A stretch of DNA of 64,000 nucleotides from Octopus vulgaris (GCA_951406725.2 OX597823.1:110050001-110114000), one strand, 5' to 3'; positions 13,648-28,139 are shown, numbered from the stretch's first letter. A program made the numbers and translations. Notes: generated by a model not told the origin, from the letters alone.

Positions 13648-13935
13648 GGCACTCCGTCGGTTACGATGATGAGGGTTCCAGTTAATCCGATCAAAGGAAC
13701 AGCTTGCTCCTGAAATTAACGTGCATTTGGGTGAGCACTCCACAGACCCGTGTTCACTTAACGTAGTTCTCAGGGAGACACAGCATGACAGAGTGTGACA
13801 AGGCTGGTTCTTTGGAATACAGGACTGCCCATTTTTACCAACCGAGTGGCAACGTGAAATAAATTTTCTTGCTCAAGGACACGACTCGCGACCTTAAGGT
13901 CATGAGCCAAACACCCTAACTACCAAGCCTTCACA
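13648..13935 (-). mobile_element. SINE, family D (family C tail with a different head), decayed
   Basis: CACTCCGTCGGTTACGA...CTTAACGTAGTTCTC is shared with 29965-30150; the head part (CTTGCTCAAGGACAC) is shared with 55850-55975. Confidence 0.7.
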
Positions 13936-14332
13936 AATACGTAAGGACAAGGGAATGTTTCCTTCACGAAAATGTATGATCTGAAATATTCGGAAGTAAA
14001 AATATGTATAAGGGAATTGTGCTAAGTAGAATTCAATAAGAGTGTTCTTGAAGTACAAAAGAAATAATAATAATAAATAGCGTTTAAACGATGCAAAAAC
14101 AATTTCGTCATCGCCTAGTTGCGAAGAAGTTTATTTAGATAAATTTTATGTGGAACCCCATGTCTCCCCCGCTCAGGAATAATAAAAACGATAAAGAAAG
14201 TATAAAATTTACCACGCATTATTATTATGTACTTTATTGAGATTTAGGTAAATGTTTTATCGTATCTTTTGTTTTTTCTATATGGTGTAATTTACGTCTA
14301 TCATTGTTTGAATTGCTTAATAGTGGTTTTTC

Positions 14333-14377
<45 letters not shown>

Positions 14378-16123
14378 CGTGCTGAATTAATTAAATAGGT
14401 ATATTATTATTACAATCACTTGCACGCATAGATACACACATATAGATGTATATATGTATGTTTATGCATATCTTAATATTTTAAAGTCTCCATTGAATAA
14501 CTTGATAATGCGTAGCATTTCGAGTAGAATTAGTTATTTTGTAGCATTGTATGGCACCCATCTACTCTCTGAGTTGGAAGCCCATCAACGTTGAACCTGA
14601 CATTTATTTCTCCGGGGTTGATTACATAAAGAGTTATTGAAGGATATGAAACGATTAAATCAAATACACATTGACTTGCATTGAATGTCTTGCACCTGGT
14701 TTCTTATTGCAATACCACATATAATCACATTTGATATTACATACCTAATATATGTGATAAACTTCAAGTGACACCTTGTAAATATATGGGTAAACGTTTA
14801 CGCCCAAGGAATCTCAGTCTGTTCCACTTACCTCAGCATTTGAATGGACAGAAAAACAAACCTCAACAAAAACATATAAAAATCTTCATGCACACCAACA
14901 ATATTAATACATCGTATCAGTAACTTTGAATACAAATTCATTCAATGGTTAGTCTTTCATGCTTTTTAAAACAGTAACTGCATTTCATGAAAATATCTAG
15001 TTTCTATCATCAGAATTGAGAGATTCATATAAAAAATTTTTTTATAAAAACTAAACATTTCCTCTAATCTATCAACATATGTTGTTGCAATATTGTGGTC
15101 GTATCAGAAATGATATAATGCGATTCGAAATATATTTCATTACTTTAATAGGTTTAGGGCTTGATTTAAAATTGCTAAACAGTAGCGCTAATCTTGAAGA
15201 GTGCAGTTGATATAAAGAAAGAAATCGGATACGATAAAATGGATACTGCACACTAATCAGTCAATTACAATAGTCTGACTGAAAAAAAAAATATCTCAAC
15301 TTCCAGAAATAGCTGGCTTTGATATTCATAGCATTACTAATGCATAGTCAGGTAATGTAATCACATTTGGTATAAAGACCAATAAAAATCGTTTTAGAAA
15401 TATGTTTTCAGTGAGGAGAAGCCAACATAAGCTCATTCAAAAATATTATCCTATCCATTCTGCCAAATGCGGTCTGGTATTTTTAGGTGCCTTCAGCGGC
15501 ACATACTGTACGATATTGTACGTTGTAATGATGAATCATTTATACTCTATTGGTGGGAAAAGCTTAAGCACGAGTAAGCACAAATAATGAGCGTATATAA
15601 AACAGTAAAACATTGCAGGTCATTTCTCAGAGACACCATTCGAATGAGTAGCAACAGTTAAGTTTATGCTAACAAACACAAAGCAACAATTTTTGAAACT
15701 GAAATACTAGAAATATAGTCTTACCACATTTCGAAGAAGTATCATCTGAACTCTACAAATGAAATAAATAACATATAAAACACAATCCGAACACGAAGAT
15801 GTGGTCGTGTAATGCGAACCTGTGATGAATGAGAAAAAAGTATTTCGAAAAAATAAATTATAGCTATATAAGTTAAATAAAAAGGAAATCAAGTGAGAAT
15901 TCAGCATATGAAAAGAGATTATCGCTCAGCGGAAAATAAAAATATATCTGTACACGTACAAAATGACAGTTAGTCCCTCACAAATAGAATTTAACAATTA
16001 TACACACAGGCACACACCGGTCCACGCGCACACACACACTCAAACAGACACACACATATATATAGGTACATGTATGTATATATATATATATATACACATA
16101 CATATATATATATACATACACAC

Positions 16124-16160
<37 letters not shown>

Positions 16161-16198
16161 AATGTATATATATAGATGTATATATATACATGTATGTA

Positions 16199-16243
<45 letters not shown>

Positions 16244-17758
16244 GTATATCTATATATATATATATATATACACGAGTATATTTTATAAAGGGTGTACATG
16301 TATGTAGATGTATTTATTCATATATGTACACGCACACATATATGCAATGTTCGCGCAACACAAATGCAAATATACATTGACACAAATGTATACACAATAA
16401 CACATATATTGACATACGCATAAGTCCTATAACATGTTATCAATTCTTTTTCATAACTATCCAATATCATCATTGTCATCATCAACAACAACAACATCAT
16501 GACCACGTCCACAAACACAATCAAAATCTCCATCATCGATGCAACCACCACCAGCACCGACAATAACATCATCACCATCATCATTATCTCAGCTACAAAC
16601 ACAGTGCCGAATCCCAAGAAAATGGCTGCGAGAGAGGAAAAACAATCATGCGAGCTTAATGTGAAAGAATGTAAAATATTGACAATGTTATAAGCAATAG
16701 GTGACCGTTGCTCTATAACAAATGGACACTGTCCACCGTGATATAGATTGAAAATCTCGTGAATTGTGAAATTGTTTCTTCGTATTTCATCAACTTCTTT
16801 TGTTTCAACTTCCTTCCCCAACATTCATTCCAACACATATAAATTTACGTGTTTGTGTTTGTTTATGTACATGCACACGTAGAAACAGACACACACACCA
16901 ATAAGTTTTTATATATTCATACATATAATCATACACACATACACATATGAATATAAATTTATATATAAAACAGCATACATTCATATATATATATATATAT
17001 ATATATATGTTTGTATTTTTGCAACAATGCCACATATGTGATACTAATATATATCAGTATTTTTTATTGATATATATTTACACGTGACATGCACACAAAC
17101 TCAGAAACTCACATACACTCACAAACAAACATGCACACGTATGTACATATGCTCACTCATACTATGTCATTGTACATTTATATACGATAATTTCGGATTA
17201 TATTTTTCATAATAGGCAACTAGATGCTCTGAGTAACGACTTGTAATGCTTCGGCTTCCGTCATATCGTACAGCTTTCTGTAAATATGCAAACACACATA
17301 CACATAGACGTATATATAAATACATAAATGCACACATAAACACACATATGCACACACACAAGACAAACACATGGATTTAGATGCAGAAACGCATGTGTGT
17401 GCATGTGTAGGTGACTGTATGTATGTATATATATATACATACGTGAAAGTGCTTGTGAATCTTAGTGTGCATGTGTATGTGAAATTAAAGAAAGAAAATA
17501 GAATGAAGCAGAAAGAATTATAGGCGTAGATGTGTGTAGATATCTGTGTATATGCATACAGGCTCATACGCACATACTTATACGAAATAAATATGCATAT
17601 TCATTCGTACTTTGCATATACTTGCATACCTACCTACCAGCAAAACATATACGCACAACATACAAACATACACATATACACACAGGTTCATATATATATA
17701 TATACACATATACATATACATATATATATATATACACACATACACACACACACATACT

Positions 17759-17799
<41 letters not shown>

Positions 17800-18142
17800 T
17801 TACATATATGTATATACGTACCTACACGTACCAATTGACAGAAATATCCTTACGTAGTTTTATTACTTTCCATCTGATTCTTTGTTTTTATTTCTTGACC
17901 ATATTTGATTCTCTTGTTTTTATTCTATTACACTTTGTTGGTTTCTTTCTTTTTTTTGATATTTTGATATTTGTTTGACTCTTCGTTTCTTTTTTTTCTT
18001 TTTTGCTTTATGGTAGAACTAAAATGAGAAATGATATTTTATATATTGAAATGAAATGAAAACACCAATTACAACAACAACGTCAGCAAGTATTACTATA
18101 TCTGCAACAATAAAATATGTAATGCCTGCATGACCGTCAATG

Positions 18143-18223
<81 letters not shown>

Positions 18224-18651
18224 GGCTGTATTAGAACTACAATTATATGAAATAAAAGTAAAGAGCAACAACAGTATAATGCAAACAACAGTAACAATAT
18301 GAATATGGTTAGCATGGGCCAAAATGAGAGTGAAAAAATATATTAACGCTTGAGCAACAAGGATAAAATCAAACAAAAATGAAATAAGTATAATAATAGC
18401 AAAATCTACAGCAGAAACATCACAAAAAAAGTAATGAAACAAAAGAGCAGAGACACCTCAAAATTATCAACGACAACATCACCAATAAAGTAATGAAAAG
18501 GAAAAGAAAGAGAATACAAAATGAACTACAAAAACAAACAGTAAGAACCGGCGATAGCAGTGACAACAAAATTAACAATAGTGTAATAACAATAATAATA
18601 ACAATAACAACAACAACAATACTAATAATAATAATAATAATGATAATGATG

Positions 18652-18682
<31 letters not shown>

Positions 18683-18803
18683 TAAAAATAATATTAACAA
18701 TAATAATAATAATAACAACAACAACAATAATAATAATAATAATGATAATAATACTACTACTACTACTACTACTACTACTAATAATAATAATAATAATAAT
18801 AAC

Positions 18804-18850
<47 letters not shown>

Positions 18851-18851
18851 G

Positions 18852-19406
18852 TGCCCTGATGCAGTACCAGGCAGTGGCTCTCATGGCTTCTGATCTTAAC
18901 TGATTGGAAGTGTTATCATGTACATTGTTTTGTCTTGGTATAAAAGATGGGCTACAGCAAATATTCTGCTCAATACCACAGATTTGCTTGTCAGTTGTTT
19001 GACCTTAACCAGTTGAGCATGTCCCTTAGTGGCTGACGATATGTGCATCTCTGATCACGAGCAGAAGTAGTGGGGGAGCATCATAGCCATGTGTTGAGAG
19101 GGATTCTTTGGGGTTTGAATAGTTCACCTCTGGAAACATGGGTGGTTCTTTCAACATCCTTAAACAACCCTTATTCAGGGACCGTTTGAGCGGGATGGGC
19201 TACTCAACCTGAAGAAAATTCTAACTGGGCCCCACCTGCAAGGTCATGTGCTGTTTATCTTGATATGAGATCACCATGTCGCGCACATATGGTTGTGATG
19301 CATGTGCCTGGTGTACCTTTATCAGACGGGTAGTCATGATGGGTATATTGGGCTTCGTATATTTTACCCCAGTGTCACTTTGATGGCATGAACTGCTCTC
19401 TCACTC
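18852..19406. mobile_element. About 555 bp (AAT)n-flanked repeat unit, copy 1
   Basis: Starts TGCCCTGATGCAGTACCAGGCAGTGG and ends CTGCTCTCTCACTC; closely similar to 19446-19992; AAT arrays on both sides; no long ORF. Confidence 0.85.
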
Positions 19407-19445
<39 letters not shown>

Positions 19446-19446
<1 letters not shown>

Positions 19447-19992
19447 GCCCTGATGCAGTACCAGGCAGTGGCTCTCTGATCGTAACTGCTTGGAAGTGTT
19501 ATCATGTACATTGTTTTGTCTTGGTATAAAAGATGGGCTACAGCAAATATTCTGCTCAATACCACAAATTTGCTCATCAGTTGTTTGACCTTTACCAGTT
19601 GAGCATGTCCCTTAGTGGCAGACAATATGTGCATCTCTGATCACGAGCGGAAGTAGTGGGGGAGCATCATAGCCTTGCGTTGAGAGGGATTCTATGGAGT
19701 TTGAATAATTCACCTCTGGAAACATAGGTGTTTCATTCAACATCCTTAAACAACCCTTATTCAGGGACCTTTTGAGCGGGATAGGTTACTCGACCAGAAC
19801 AAAATTCTAACTGGGCCCCACCTGCAAGGTCATGTGCTGTTTATCTTCATATGAGATCACCATGTCGCGCACATATGGTTGTGATGCATGTGCCTGGTGT
19901 TCCCTTATCGGTCGGGTAATCATGATGGGTATACTGGGCTTCGTATATTTTAATCCAGTGTCACTTTGATGGCATGCACTGCTCTCTCACTC
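19446..19992. mobile_element. About 547 bp (AAT)n-flanked repeat unit, copy 2
   Basis: Same termini as copy 1, with scattered substitutions and a short deletion near the left end. Confidence 0.85.
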
Positions 19993-20040
<48 letters not shown>

Positions 20041-20041
<1 letters not shown>

Positions 20042-20525
20042 GACTTCAGACAAAAACATGCCTCCTCGTTGATATGACTGTTCCAATCGATAGAGACGTA
20101 TCTGTAAAAACCTACCAGAAACTGAGCAAACATAAAGATCTGGAAATAGAAATCAGCAACATGTTGAACCTGAAGACTAAAACAATACCTGTTGTCATAG
20201 GTGCCCTGGGAATGAAAGCAAAAGGGGTTGATTGCTATCTAACTCAGATACCAGGAAACCCCAAAATGGCAAAAATTCAAAAGATAGTGCTCATGGGAAC
20301 TTCTAATATCCTACGGAAAATACTTTCTATGTAATCTCAAGTTTTAAAACAAGCATAATTTTCGTATGTATTTTTTAGGCATTCACTAGTACAACACTAA
20401 GAACAAAACCAAATATATGGCACCCTAGGCATAACACCAACACGAACCTCCAACTGGTTGTCTCTTGAGGTCTCTGGGTGAGACTTGGAGCCAGCTTGTG
20501 CAAATGTAAAGCAAAAGTCAAACAT
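20041..20525 (+). mobile_element. 5'-truncated R4/Dong-clade non-LTR retrotransposon (restriction-like endonuclease C-terminus + 3' UTR)
   Basis: 20041-20334 encodes ...CLLVDMTVPIDRDVSVKTYQKLSKHKDLEIEISNMLNLKTKTIPVVIGALG...ILRKILSM*, matching the D..VP / K..KY.DL / PVVIGALG motifs of RLE-type elements. It sits in an (AAT)n array, the known Dong target. Confidence 0.85.
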
Positions 20526-20584
20526 ATAATAACAATAATAATAATAATAATAACAACAACAATAATAATAATAATAACAACAAC

Positions 20585-20643
<59 letters not shown>

Positions 20644-20647
20644 CAAC

Positions 20648-20746
<99 letters not shown>

Positions 20747-21239
20747 AAAAGAATGTATGAAGGAAGGTACAAATAATACAGAGGAAGCAAGAGTAATAAC
20801 AACCTCAATGGGTCATCGGCAAAGACGATAGCAACTACGACAATACTCATAACATAACAACGCGAACATTTCAATCTAGTCATGTGTATGTCGAAGGACT
20901 GCAGCTAAAAGTCCTTTCATTTTCAACCTGTTCTTGATCATGGCTAGATATTCTGCCAAATATCTTTCATCTTCAGTCAAAAGTTGCCATCTTAGAGTGG
21001 GCCTACAACAAAAGATATTCCGAATCGCCTTTTGACTGAAATAGTGCAGCCAAAAATCACATTGTCCAACGCGTCCTTTGTTAATAAGATGGTGACTTGA
21101 TCTTAAGGAAACAACAACTCCAGTTACATGAAAAATAATAGAAAATCTTATTAATGACGAAATGCTTATGAAGAACATAGTTTGTTACAAATGTCAACCT
21201 CTCTCCCATAAATAGCATACTGTATTATATGTATGTAAA

Positions 21240-21468
21240 GCGGCGAGCTGGCAGAAACGGTAGCACGCCGGGCGAAATGCTTAGCGGTATTTCGTCTGCG
21301 TTACGTTGTGAGTTCAAATTCCGCCGAGGTCGACTTTGCCTTTCATCCTTTCGGGGTCGATAAATTAAGTACCAGTTACGCACTGGGGTCGATGTAATCG
21401 ACTTAATACCTATGTCTGTCCTTGTTTGTCCCCTCTGTGTTTAGCCCCTTGTGGGTAATAAAGAAATA
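21240..21468 (+). mobile_element. tRNA-derived SINE, family A
   Basis: Head GCGGCGAGCTGGCAGAAAC, B box GAGTTCAAATTCC, core GCCTTTCATCCTTTCGGGGTCGATAAATTAAGTACCAG, tail CCCCTTGTGGGTAATAAAGAAATA; many sister copies in the window. Confidence 0.9.
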
Positions 21469-22057
21469 TGTATTATATGTGTGTATTATGTGTATGTGTG
21501 TGAGTGTGTGTGTGTGTGTATGTGTGTGCGTATGTGCGTTTGTGAAGGAGGAAGTAGTCATTGATATAAAATAAACAGTGACTTGATACTTACGGTAGAT
21601 GCAATTTTGCACCTGAATCCGTTCAACCAGGATTCACATGGGGCAACTGCACAACAATAATAACAGCGTTAATGATGTCTTATCTATTTTCTTTATCACG
21701 AACTTCGTAAGTATAACAGCCAATAATCAGAACTACGTACCTTAGATTGTTTCGTCCACTCTCAAAAGAATGAAATGCAATGCCTATCTTTGAAATGAGG
21801 TTGGCATTTATCGTAAATGATGAAACCCGTCGCACTAGCGATGTGCTTAAACGCTTCTGTCACACAAAAAAGACTAAGTAACCAATAATAATTTCTAGCA
21901 TGGCACAGGTTACATATTTGGCAGGAAAGTGGTTAACAGATTAGATCAATATTAGCATTTGTGTGTTCGACCCCAGAGGAATTGAAACAAAGTAGACCCC
22001 CCCCCATGCAAATATGAATTCAGATCATAAAGAGCTGGAACAGATAGGTATTTTCTT

Positions 22058-22700
22058 AGTCCTATACTGAATCCATACAATACATGGAGGGGATTTGGAG
22101 TCGAAATGTGGCTTTTCGCCACAATCGAAGACATCGAGAAAATCCCCTACCAGATCCATGTTGAGAAAGAAATGACGTTAAATGTTGTAGTGGAAGGAAG
22201 GAGACCTAATTACTATCTATGCGGAGTATGAGGACACACAAGGACCGAGTGTCCCTTATATGAATTCACACAAAGGGAAGAGACAGTGGAAAAGGAACAA
22301 AAGAAGGAACAGATGCAGGAGAAAGTACAAACAGGAGCAGAAAAATTCGACAAGGACTGTACACAGAAAGATAAAGACAACAAGAAAAGTGAAATGAAAG
22401 AATCAAAGGAGGAGAGCGAAGGAGTTATTAGCCCCAAACGTGATTTTAAAAATCATGATATTCTATTTTAAAGGAGATCTAAAAGCAATGGTCTTTAACC
22501 ATGGTGGGAGAGAAAAGAACTGTTTCTCGCACATCTTGGAGCATACAAAATCAAAGGCTATCAGGTCTTACTCCACAGAAATTAATAACTTTGAGTTTGA
22601 ATATAATCCAACAATCAAGCAATCTAAAGAATTCTTATCTTGAAATGAACAATAAACAAATCAGACAGTCTTGGAGGAAACCTTAGGTAATGGAAATATG
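22058..22700 (+). pseudogene. Decayed non-LTR retrotransposon ORF1 fragment (L1/Tx1-like) with CCHC zinc knuckle
   Basis: Frame from 22058 reads ...EKIPYQIHVEKEMTLNVVVEGRRPNYYLCGV*GHTRTECP, then a K/E-rich stretch. Spacing is Cx2Cx4Hx4C with the first C mutated to Y; in-frame TGA at 22229-22231. Confidence 0.65.
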
Positions 22701-23544
22701 TCTAAATTTAAGCAAAGAGTTCAGTCTTTAGTGAAACATTAAAATACAAATATATACAGTAACATATATATATATATTATATGTGTATATTATGTGCATG
22801 TGTGTGAGTGTGTGTGTGTATGTGTGTGCGTGTGTGAGCGTGGGTGTATATAAATCGTAAATAAACTGCTGCTTTTGAGAATACAGTACATATATTCAAA
22901 AGTAACAGTCTATTCACAATTTATACACCCTCATTCGCTCAGGCACGCCCCTACACACATTCACACTCACACGTAACAGACTCAGATAAGGCGAATATTT
23001 TTTTAACTTGCATGTGCTTTCAGCAAGTATTAGAATTTCAATTATGTTAATCCATAGTTCTATCGTATTAATCGATAGTTGACCGATTAAAAATAAAGTT
23101 CCATGCTTTTCTCTTCCTCAGAGCCACAATAAACTGACTGACAAATGAAAGAAATTTGACCAAAACTTTGACTCAGCCACATATAGCTGTTATGTCTAGC
23201 AAATAGGGCGGTTGCATAGAGGATTGTTCGTTAGTAACTGTGAGAATATGATGATGCTGTAGTATAGCTCCAGATCATCCCTGGCTTAGTAGAACTAAAA
23301 CATAAGCATTCATCCGTAACTTTCCGTTGTTTTGAAGTGCATGTGGGATTACATTGTCCGATTTGGGTTTTGTTTTTAAATAAACAATCAAACCACAGTG
23401 AAATCGCTGGGTGTGATTGGACTGTGATAAGACTGTCCTTATCAGCAGACCAGTGACCCCTCATCTGCTCGAGCACACGTGGGGGTACTCAGTGAAAGAA
23501 ACAGAACAAAGTAAAAGTTATCTGTGTTGAAACATACAAGCATA

Positions 23545-23714
23545 ATATTTACATTATTTACATTATTTACAATTGATGGATATTTGTCCTCATCTTTGTT
23601 GTTAACACAACATTTCGGTTGATATACCCTCCAGCCTTCATCAGGTGTCTGGGGGGAAATTTAGAACCTGGGTTCTCATTCCTAAGGTATTTTTCGATGT
23701 TGTTGTTGCTGTTA

Positions 23715-23792
<78 letters not shown>

Positions 23793-23802
23793 AGGTCACT
23801 GT
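23545..23802 (-). mobile_element. Second copy of the head/AAT/hammerhead element, 5'-truncated
   Basis: Minus strand: CAGTGACCT (end of the head seen at 11568-11576), (AAT)n, CATCGAAAAATACCTTAGGAATGAGAACCCAGGTT, hammerhead, then a TGTAAATAA repeat tail. Confidence 0.8.
23604..23649 (-). ncRNA. Minimal type I hammerhead ribozyme motif (mutated copy)
   Basis: GACAC-CTGATGA-A-GGCTG[GAGGGTATAT]CAACC-GAAAT-GTT-GTGTT. Stem I fully paired; two substitutions relative to the three-copy consensus. Confidence 0.65.
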
Positions 23803-24239
23803 CCGAAATGGCATTCTTCACAAATAGCAATATGCTCAGATGGATAACAAGTTTAAAGGAACGGAAACAATGCTGAAGATATACCACCCACTGAGAGACA
23901 GTCAACTAATGAAACGAATTACTACTGAGGGGACAAATTGATACCAGGGGACAGACAGATACCCGTGGACAGACTTCGTGTGTTTGCTGCACAAATTGAC
24001 TGTGATCACAATGCATTACAGAAGATGGTTGAAGACTTTTAGCAAAAGGGAGAGCTTACCCCTAATTTGAAAGAGAGAAAGTTAGGGGTTTATAGGGATC
24101 TACTGAGAGTGTTTGAAACCACTGAAAGCACGTTTTGTTTTGATCTTTTGACTAGGGATAAAAATGTAGACATACATATATGATCCGGATGCAAAGCGTA
24201 ATCATTGCAATGGTATCACACTTTCTCGCCAGCTCCTTA

Positions 24240-24579
24240 TGGAAGCACTCCGTCGGTTACGACGACGAGGGTTCCGGTTGATCCGATCAACCGAACAGCT
24301 TGCTCGTGATATTAACGTGTAAGTGGCTGAGCACTCCACAGACACGTGTACCCTTAACGTAGTTCTCGGGGATGTTCAGCGTGACACGGAGAGTGACAAG
24401 GTCGGCCCTTTGAAATACAGGTACAACAGAAACAGGAAGTAAGAGTGAGAGAAAGTTGTGGTGAAAGAGTACAGCAGGGATCACCACCATCCCCTGCCGG
24501 AGCCTAGTGGAGCTTTTAGGTGTTTTCGCTCAATAAACACTCACAACGCCTTGTCGGGGAATCGAAACCGCGAGTCCGC
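24240..24579 (-). mobile_element. tRNA-derived SINE, family C, head partly deleted
   Basis: Closely similar to 29965-30349 over about 330 bp. Confidence 0.9.
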
Positions 24580-25842
24580 CGCCAGCTCTTAAGGCGTTCA
24601 AGAATCAGCGATCGACACAGAATTTAATGGTGGATGCTTTTCATTGGAAGCGAGAGGATAATAACGTCATTCTGCTTGATTTTCTGGTACATAGCTATAC
24701 TGTAAGCAACGCACCGTACATCGAGATACTACAAAAAAGGCTTATGGAAATTTACGTTTATGAATTTGCTTTCTGATGAGAAATCATATGTTGAAACAGA
24801 TATTGTTAAATTTCGAGATGATCTTTTTCTTTTTCTGAAGAGATCGCAGGTGTGTGAAGAAAGATTTCCATACAATGGACATAAGAAAAAATAAGAATAA
24901 GTATAAGCGAGTGAAGAACGAATATATAGTGCGTGTGTTTATTTGGCAGAAATAAAAAGAAAAAAATGACCATCTCGAAATATAACAATATGCTATATAA
25001 CAATACAATTCATAAAAAAGAAATACTGCAAACAAAAATTTGAAGACGCTCTATGTTAACAGTGATAGTGTGCAAACACACACAATCATTCGTAACAAAT
25101 CTGGTAATCAGCAAATTAGATCGATCATTAATCTTCTATCCACCATACGACATGGAGCTGACACACGTCAGCATCTACCTGTTCGGTTAAATAAAGGAAA
25201 GTCTTAGGAGAAAATGATTTGATGATACAGAATTGATAAAAGTAGATTCGAAAATGAGGACTTTTAGTCGGTTCATCAAAGGCGGAAATGCATCATTACT
25301 ACCATGATTACCTCCACCTTTATTACTACCATATCCACCACCTCCACTTACGTGAACAGCTTCATCGCTGCGACCTTCACTATCAATTTCACCAAGACCA
25401 CATAATCACCATCTCCACCAAGCTCTTTATGACGGCGCCAACATCAGCACCTGATCACTCCTGATCTTACTCGTATCCAGCTTCAACACCACCACTTTAA
25501 ATATTACCAACTCCTTCATCATCAACGTCAGCATCATCACTTCATCACCATCACCTTCATCTTTACAACCTTCATTACCATCTCCTCCATTACCAGCAAC
25601 TTCATCATCGCCTCCAGCAGAACCCACCGTCACTACTACCACCACCAATATCATCACAATGAAGTTTTTCAAGCCTGTACTATCATTTTCATCACTATCA
25701 CTATCAACAGCACCAATATATGAACAACACATCCGTCGCTTGGCCATTCCATTACCTCTCAAATCACCGTTAGCAAAATTTGACAGCCATCACATTCACC
25801 GCAGTCGACATCGCAACCATTATCACTATTGCCATCATTATT

Positions 25843-26237
25843 CTTTTCTCCTCTATGCACAGGGCCCGAAATTTGGGGGAGGGAGCCAGTCGATTAGATC
25901 GATCCCAGTACTTGACTGGTATTTAATATATCGACTCCGAAAGGATGAAAGGCAAAGTCGACATCGTCGGAATTTGAACTCAGAACGTAAAGACATACGA
26001 AATACCTATTTCTTTACTACCCACTAGGAGCTAAACACAGAGGGAACAAACAAGGACAGACAAGCAGATTAAGTCGATTATATCGACCCCAGTACGTAAC
26101 TGGTACTTATTTAATCGACCCCGAAACGATGAAAGGCAAAGTCGACCTCGGCGAAATTTGAACTCAGAACGTAACGGCAAACGAAATACGGCTAAGCATT
26201 TCGCCCAGCGTGTTAACGTTTCTACCAGCTCGCCGCC
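25843..26237 (-). mobile_element. SINE family A dimer (head-core-tail1-core-tail2)
   Basis: Two cores (GAAAGGCAAAGTCGAC) joined at GAAATACCTATTTCTTTACT (about 26000-26020). Confidence 0.88.
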
Positions 26238-27026
26238 TTATATTGCCAACATTATTACCATGAAGAGCTCTTAGGACGGCATCAGTATCAATGCAGCTAG
26301 CACTACAATGTTGAAAATCAGCTCGAGAGCCACTAACAATATCAGCACTACTACCAGCCAAAACCACAAGACAACTAGCAGTACTATGACAAACATAACC
26401 AACACGTGTTCAAGCAGCCACCAAAAATACTATATTATCAGCACCATGATTAGAAAGAACTTGATGATAATTAATCCGTACACAGAAGCCTGCAAAAGTT
26501 CCATACCGCCCACTTCTCAGAATTGAAACAAAGTGCAAATAATAAGAAAAAAAAATGAACCCCCTTCCGACCACAAAAACACAAATGATTCATGTTCATC
26601 AAACCGAGGCTTAGGATCGTGAATGTGTGCGCCGCAGGTTTTAGAGATCGGACGAACTTTTCGCCAAATTAGAATTGCAGCTTCTAATTCACCTCATCAC
26701 AATTACTCCCATTACCGCTCTGTTTCAATTTCACATCCACAACCATCATTCCCCACACCGCTTTTCCTCCATCTAGTTACCAGTTCCGAAAGCCTGATCT
26801 CTCAATAAAACAGCAAACCCTACACCTAACATTCATTCTTGAATTTCATTAACTACCCCCACTTGTATTAATTCTATTCCATTACTATATTTCAGCCTAT
26901 GTCTGTAAGGTTAAATATGTATGTATATATGTATTTATGTATGTACATTTATATTTATATATACATATATATACATATACATATGTATACATAATGTATT
27001 TATTTGTATATATTTGAATATGTGTA

Positions 27027-27087
<61 letters not shown>

Positions 27088-27123
27088 ATGTATTATTTGT
27101 ATATATTTGAATAAGTGTAATAC

Positions 27124-27169
<46 letters not shown>

Positions 27170-27291
27170 GCATACATATGTATACATAATGTTTTTATTC
27201 GTATATATTTGAATATGTGTAATATATATATATATATAGATAGATAGATATGTATATATACATATATATATTATATACATACGCACACACA

Positions 27292-27350
<59 letters not shown>

Positions 27351-28107
27351 CATATTCAAAAATGTCTATATACATACATACACGGACCTCACACTCACAC
27401 ACACACACGCATAGGTATGTATATTTGAGTGTGAATGCGATGTGCGTGTATGAAGCCTGTATATACAAGTATGTTAGAATAGAACTGCATCATAAAAACC
27501 ACTTAATTATCATTATTATAAATATTATTAAATATTTTTGTATTTAACATTGTTATTAATAATCTGCGAATATTGTTTTTATTAGTATATTTGATAATAT
27601 TTTATTAAAACAACTCAGTTGTTGGATTTGTGATGACGACAACGACGATGATGATGAGATGATGATGACGACGACGGTGGTGATTGATATTAATGAGTGG
27701 AGGCTCTGCTGCCGGTGGTAGCGTTGGGTGTAGTGGTTGGAGTTTTTCATGGAAGTGTTTGTGGAAGTGAGGTTATTTTGTAGGAGCTGTTTTGTTTATA
27801 ATTTGTGGTGCGATGTACAATAAAATGTGCATTAAAAATGGTATCTTCATAAAATATTTTCGTCGTAGTCATCATCAACATCATCATCATCATTATCATC
27901 ATCCTCCTCGTCATCATCATCATCATTATCATCATTATTTATATTCTCATATAAAATTTAATTTTCCCTTCTCCTCTTGCAACTACTGTGCTATGTACTC
28001 TCACTGATTATATAGTAGACAGAAAATTGTGAACAATTATATATACATACATACATAGATACATAGATACATACATACATACATACATACATACATACAT
28101 ACATACA

Positions 28108-28139
<32 letters not shown>

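Noticed and set aside
20876-21178. 100 aa minus ORF with a protein-like stretch (LLTEDERYLAEYLAMIK)
   Set aside because: No family recognised, weak splice signals, and it overlaps the same degenerate dispersed motif.
24768-24812. CTGATGA...GAAAC...GTT hammerhead-like spacing
   Set aside because: Stems I and II would be only 2-3 weak A-U/G-U pairs, with no repeat context; compatible with chance.
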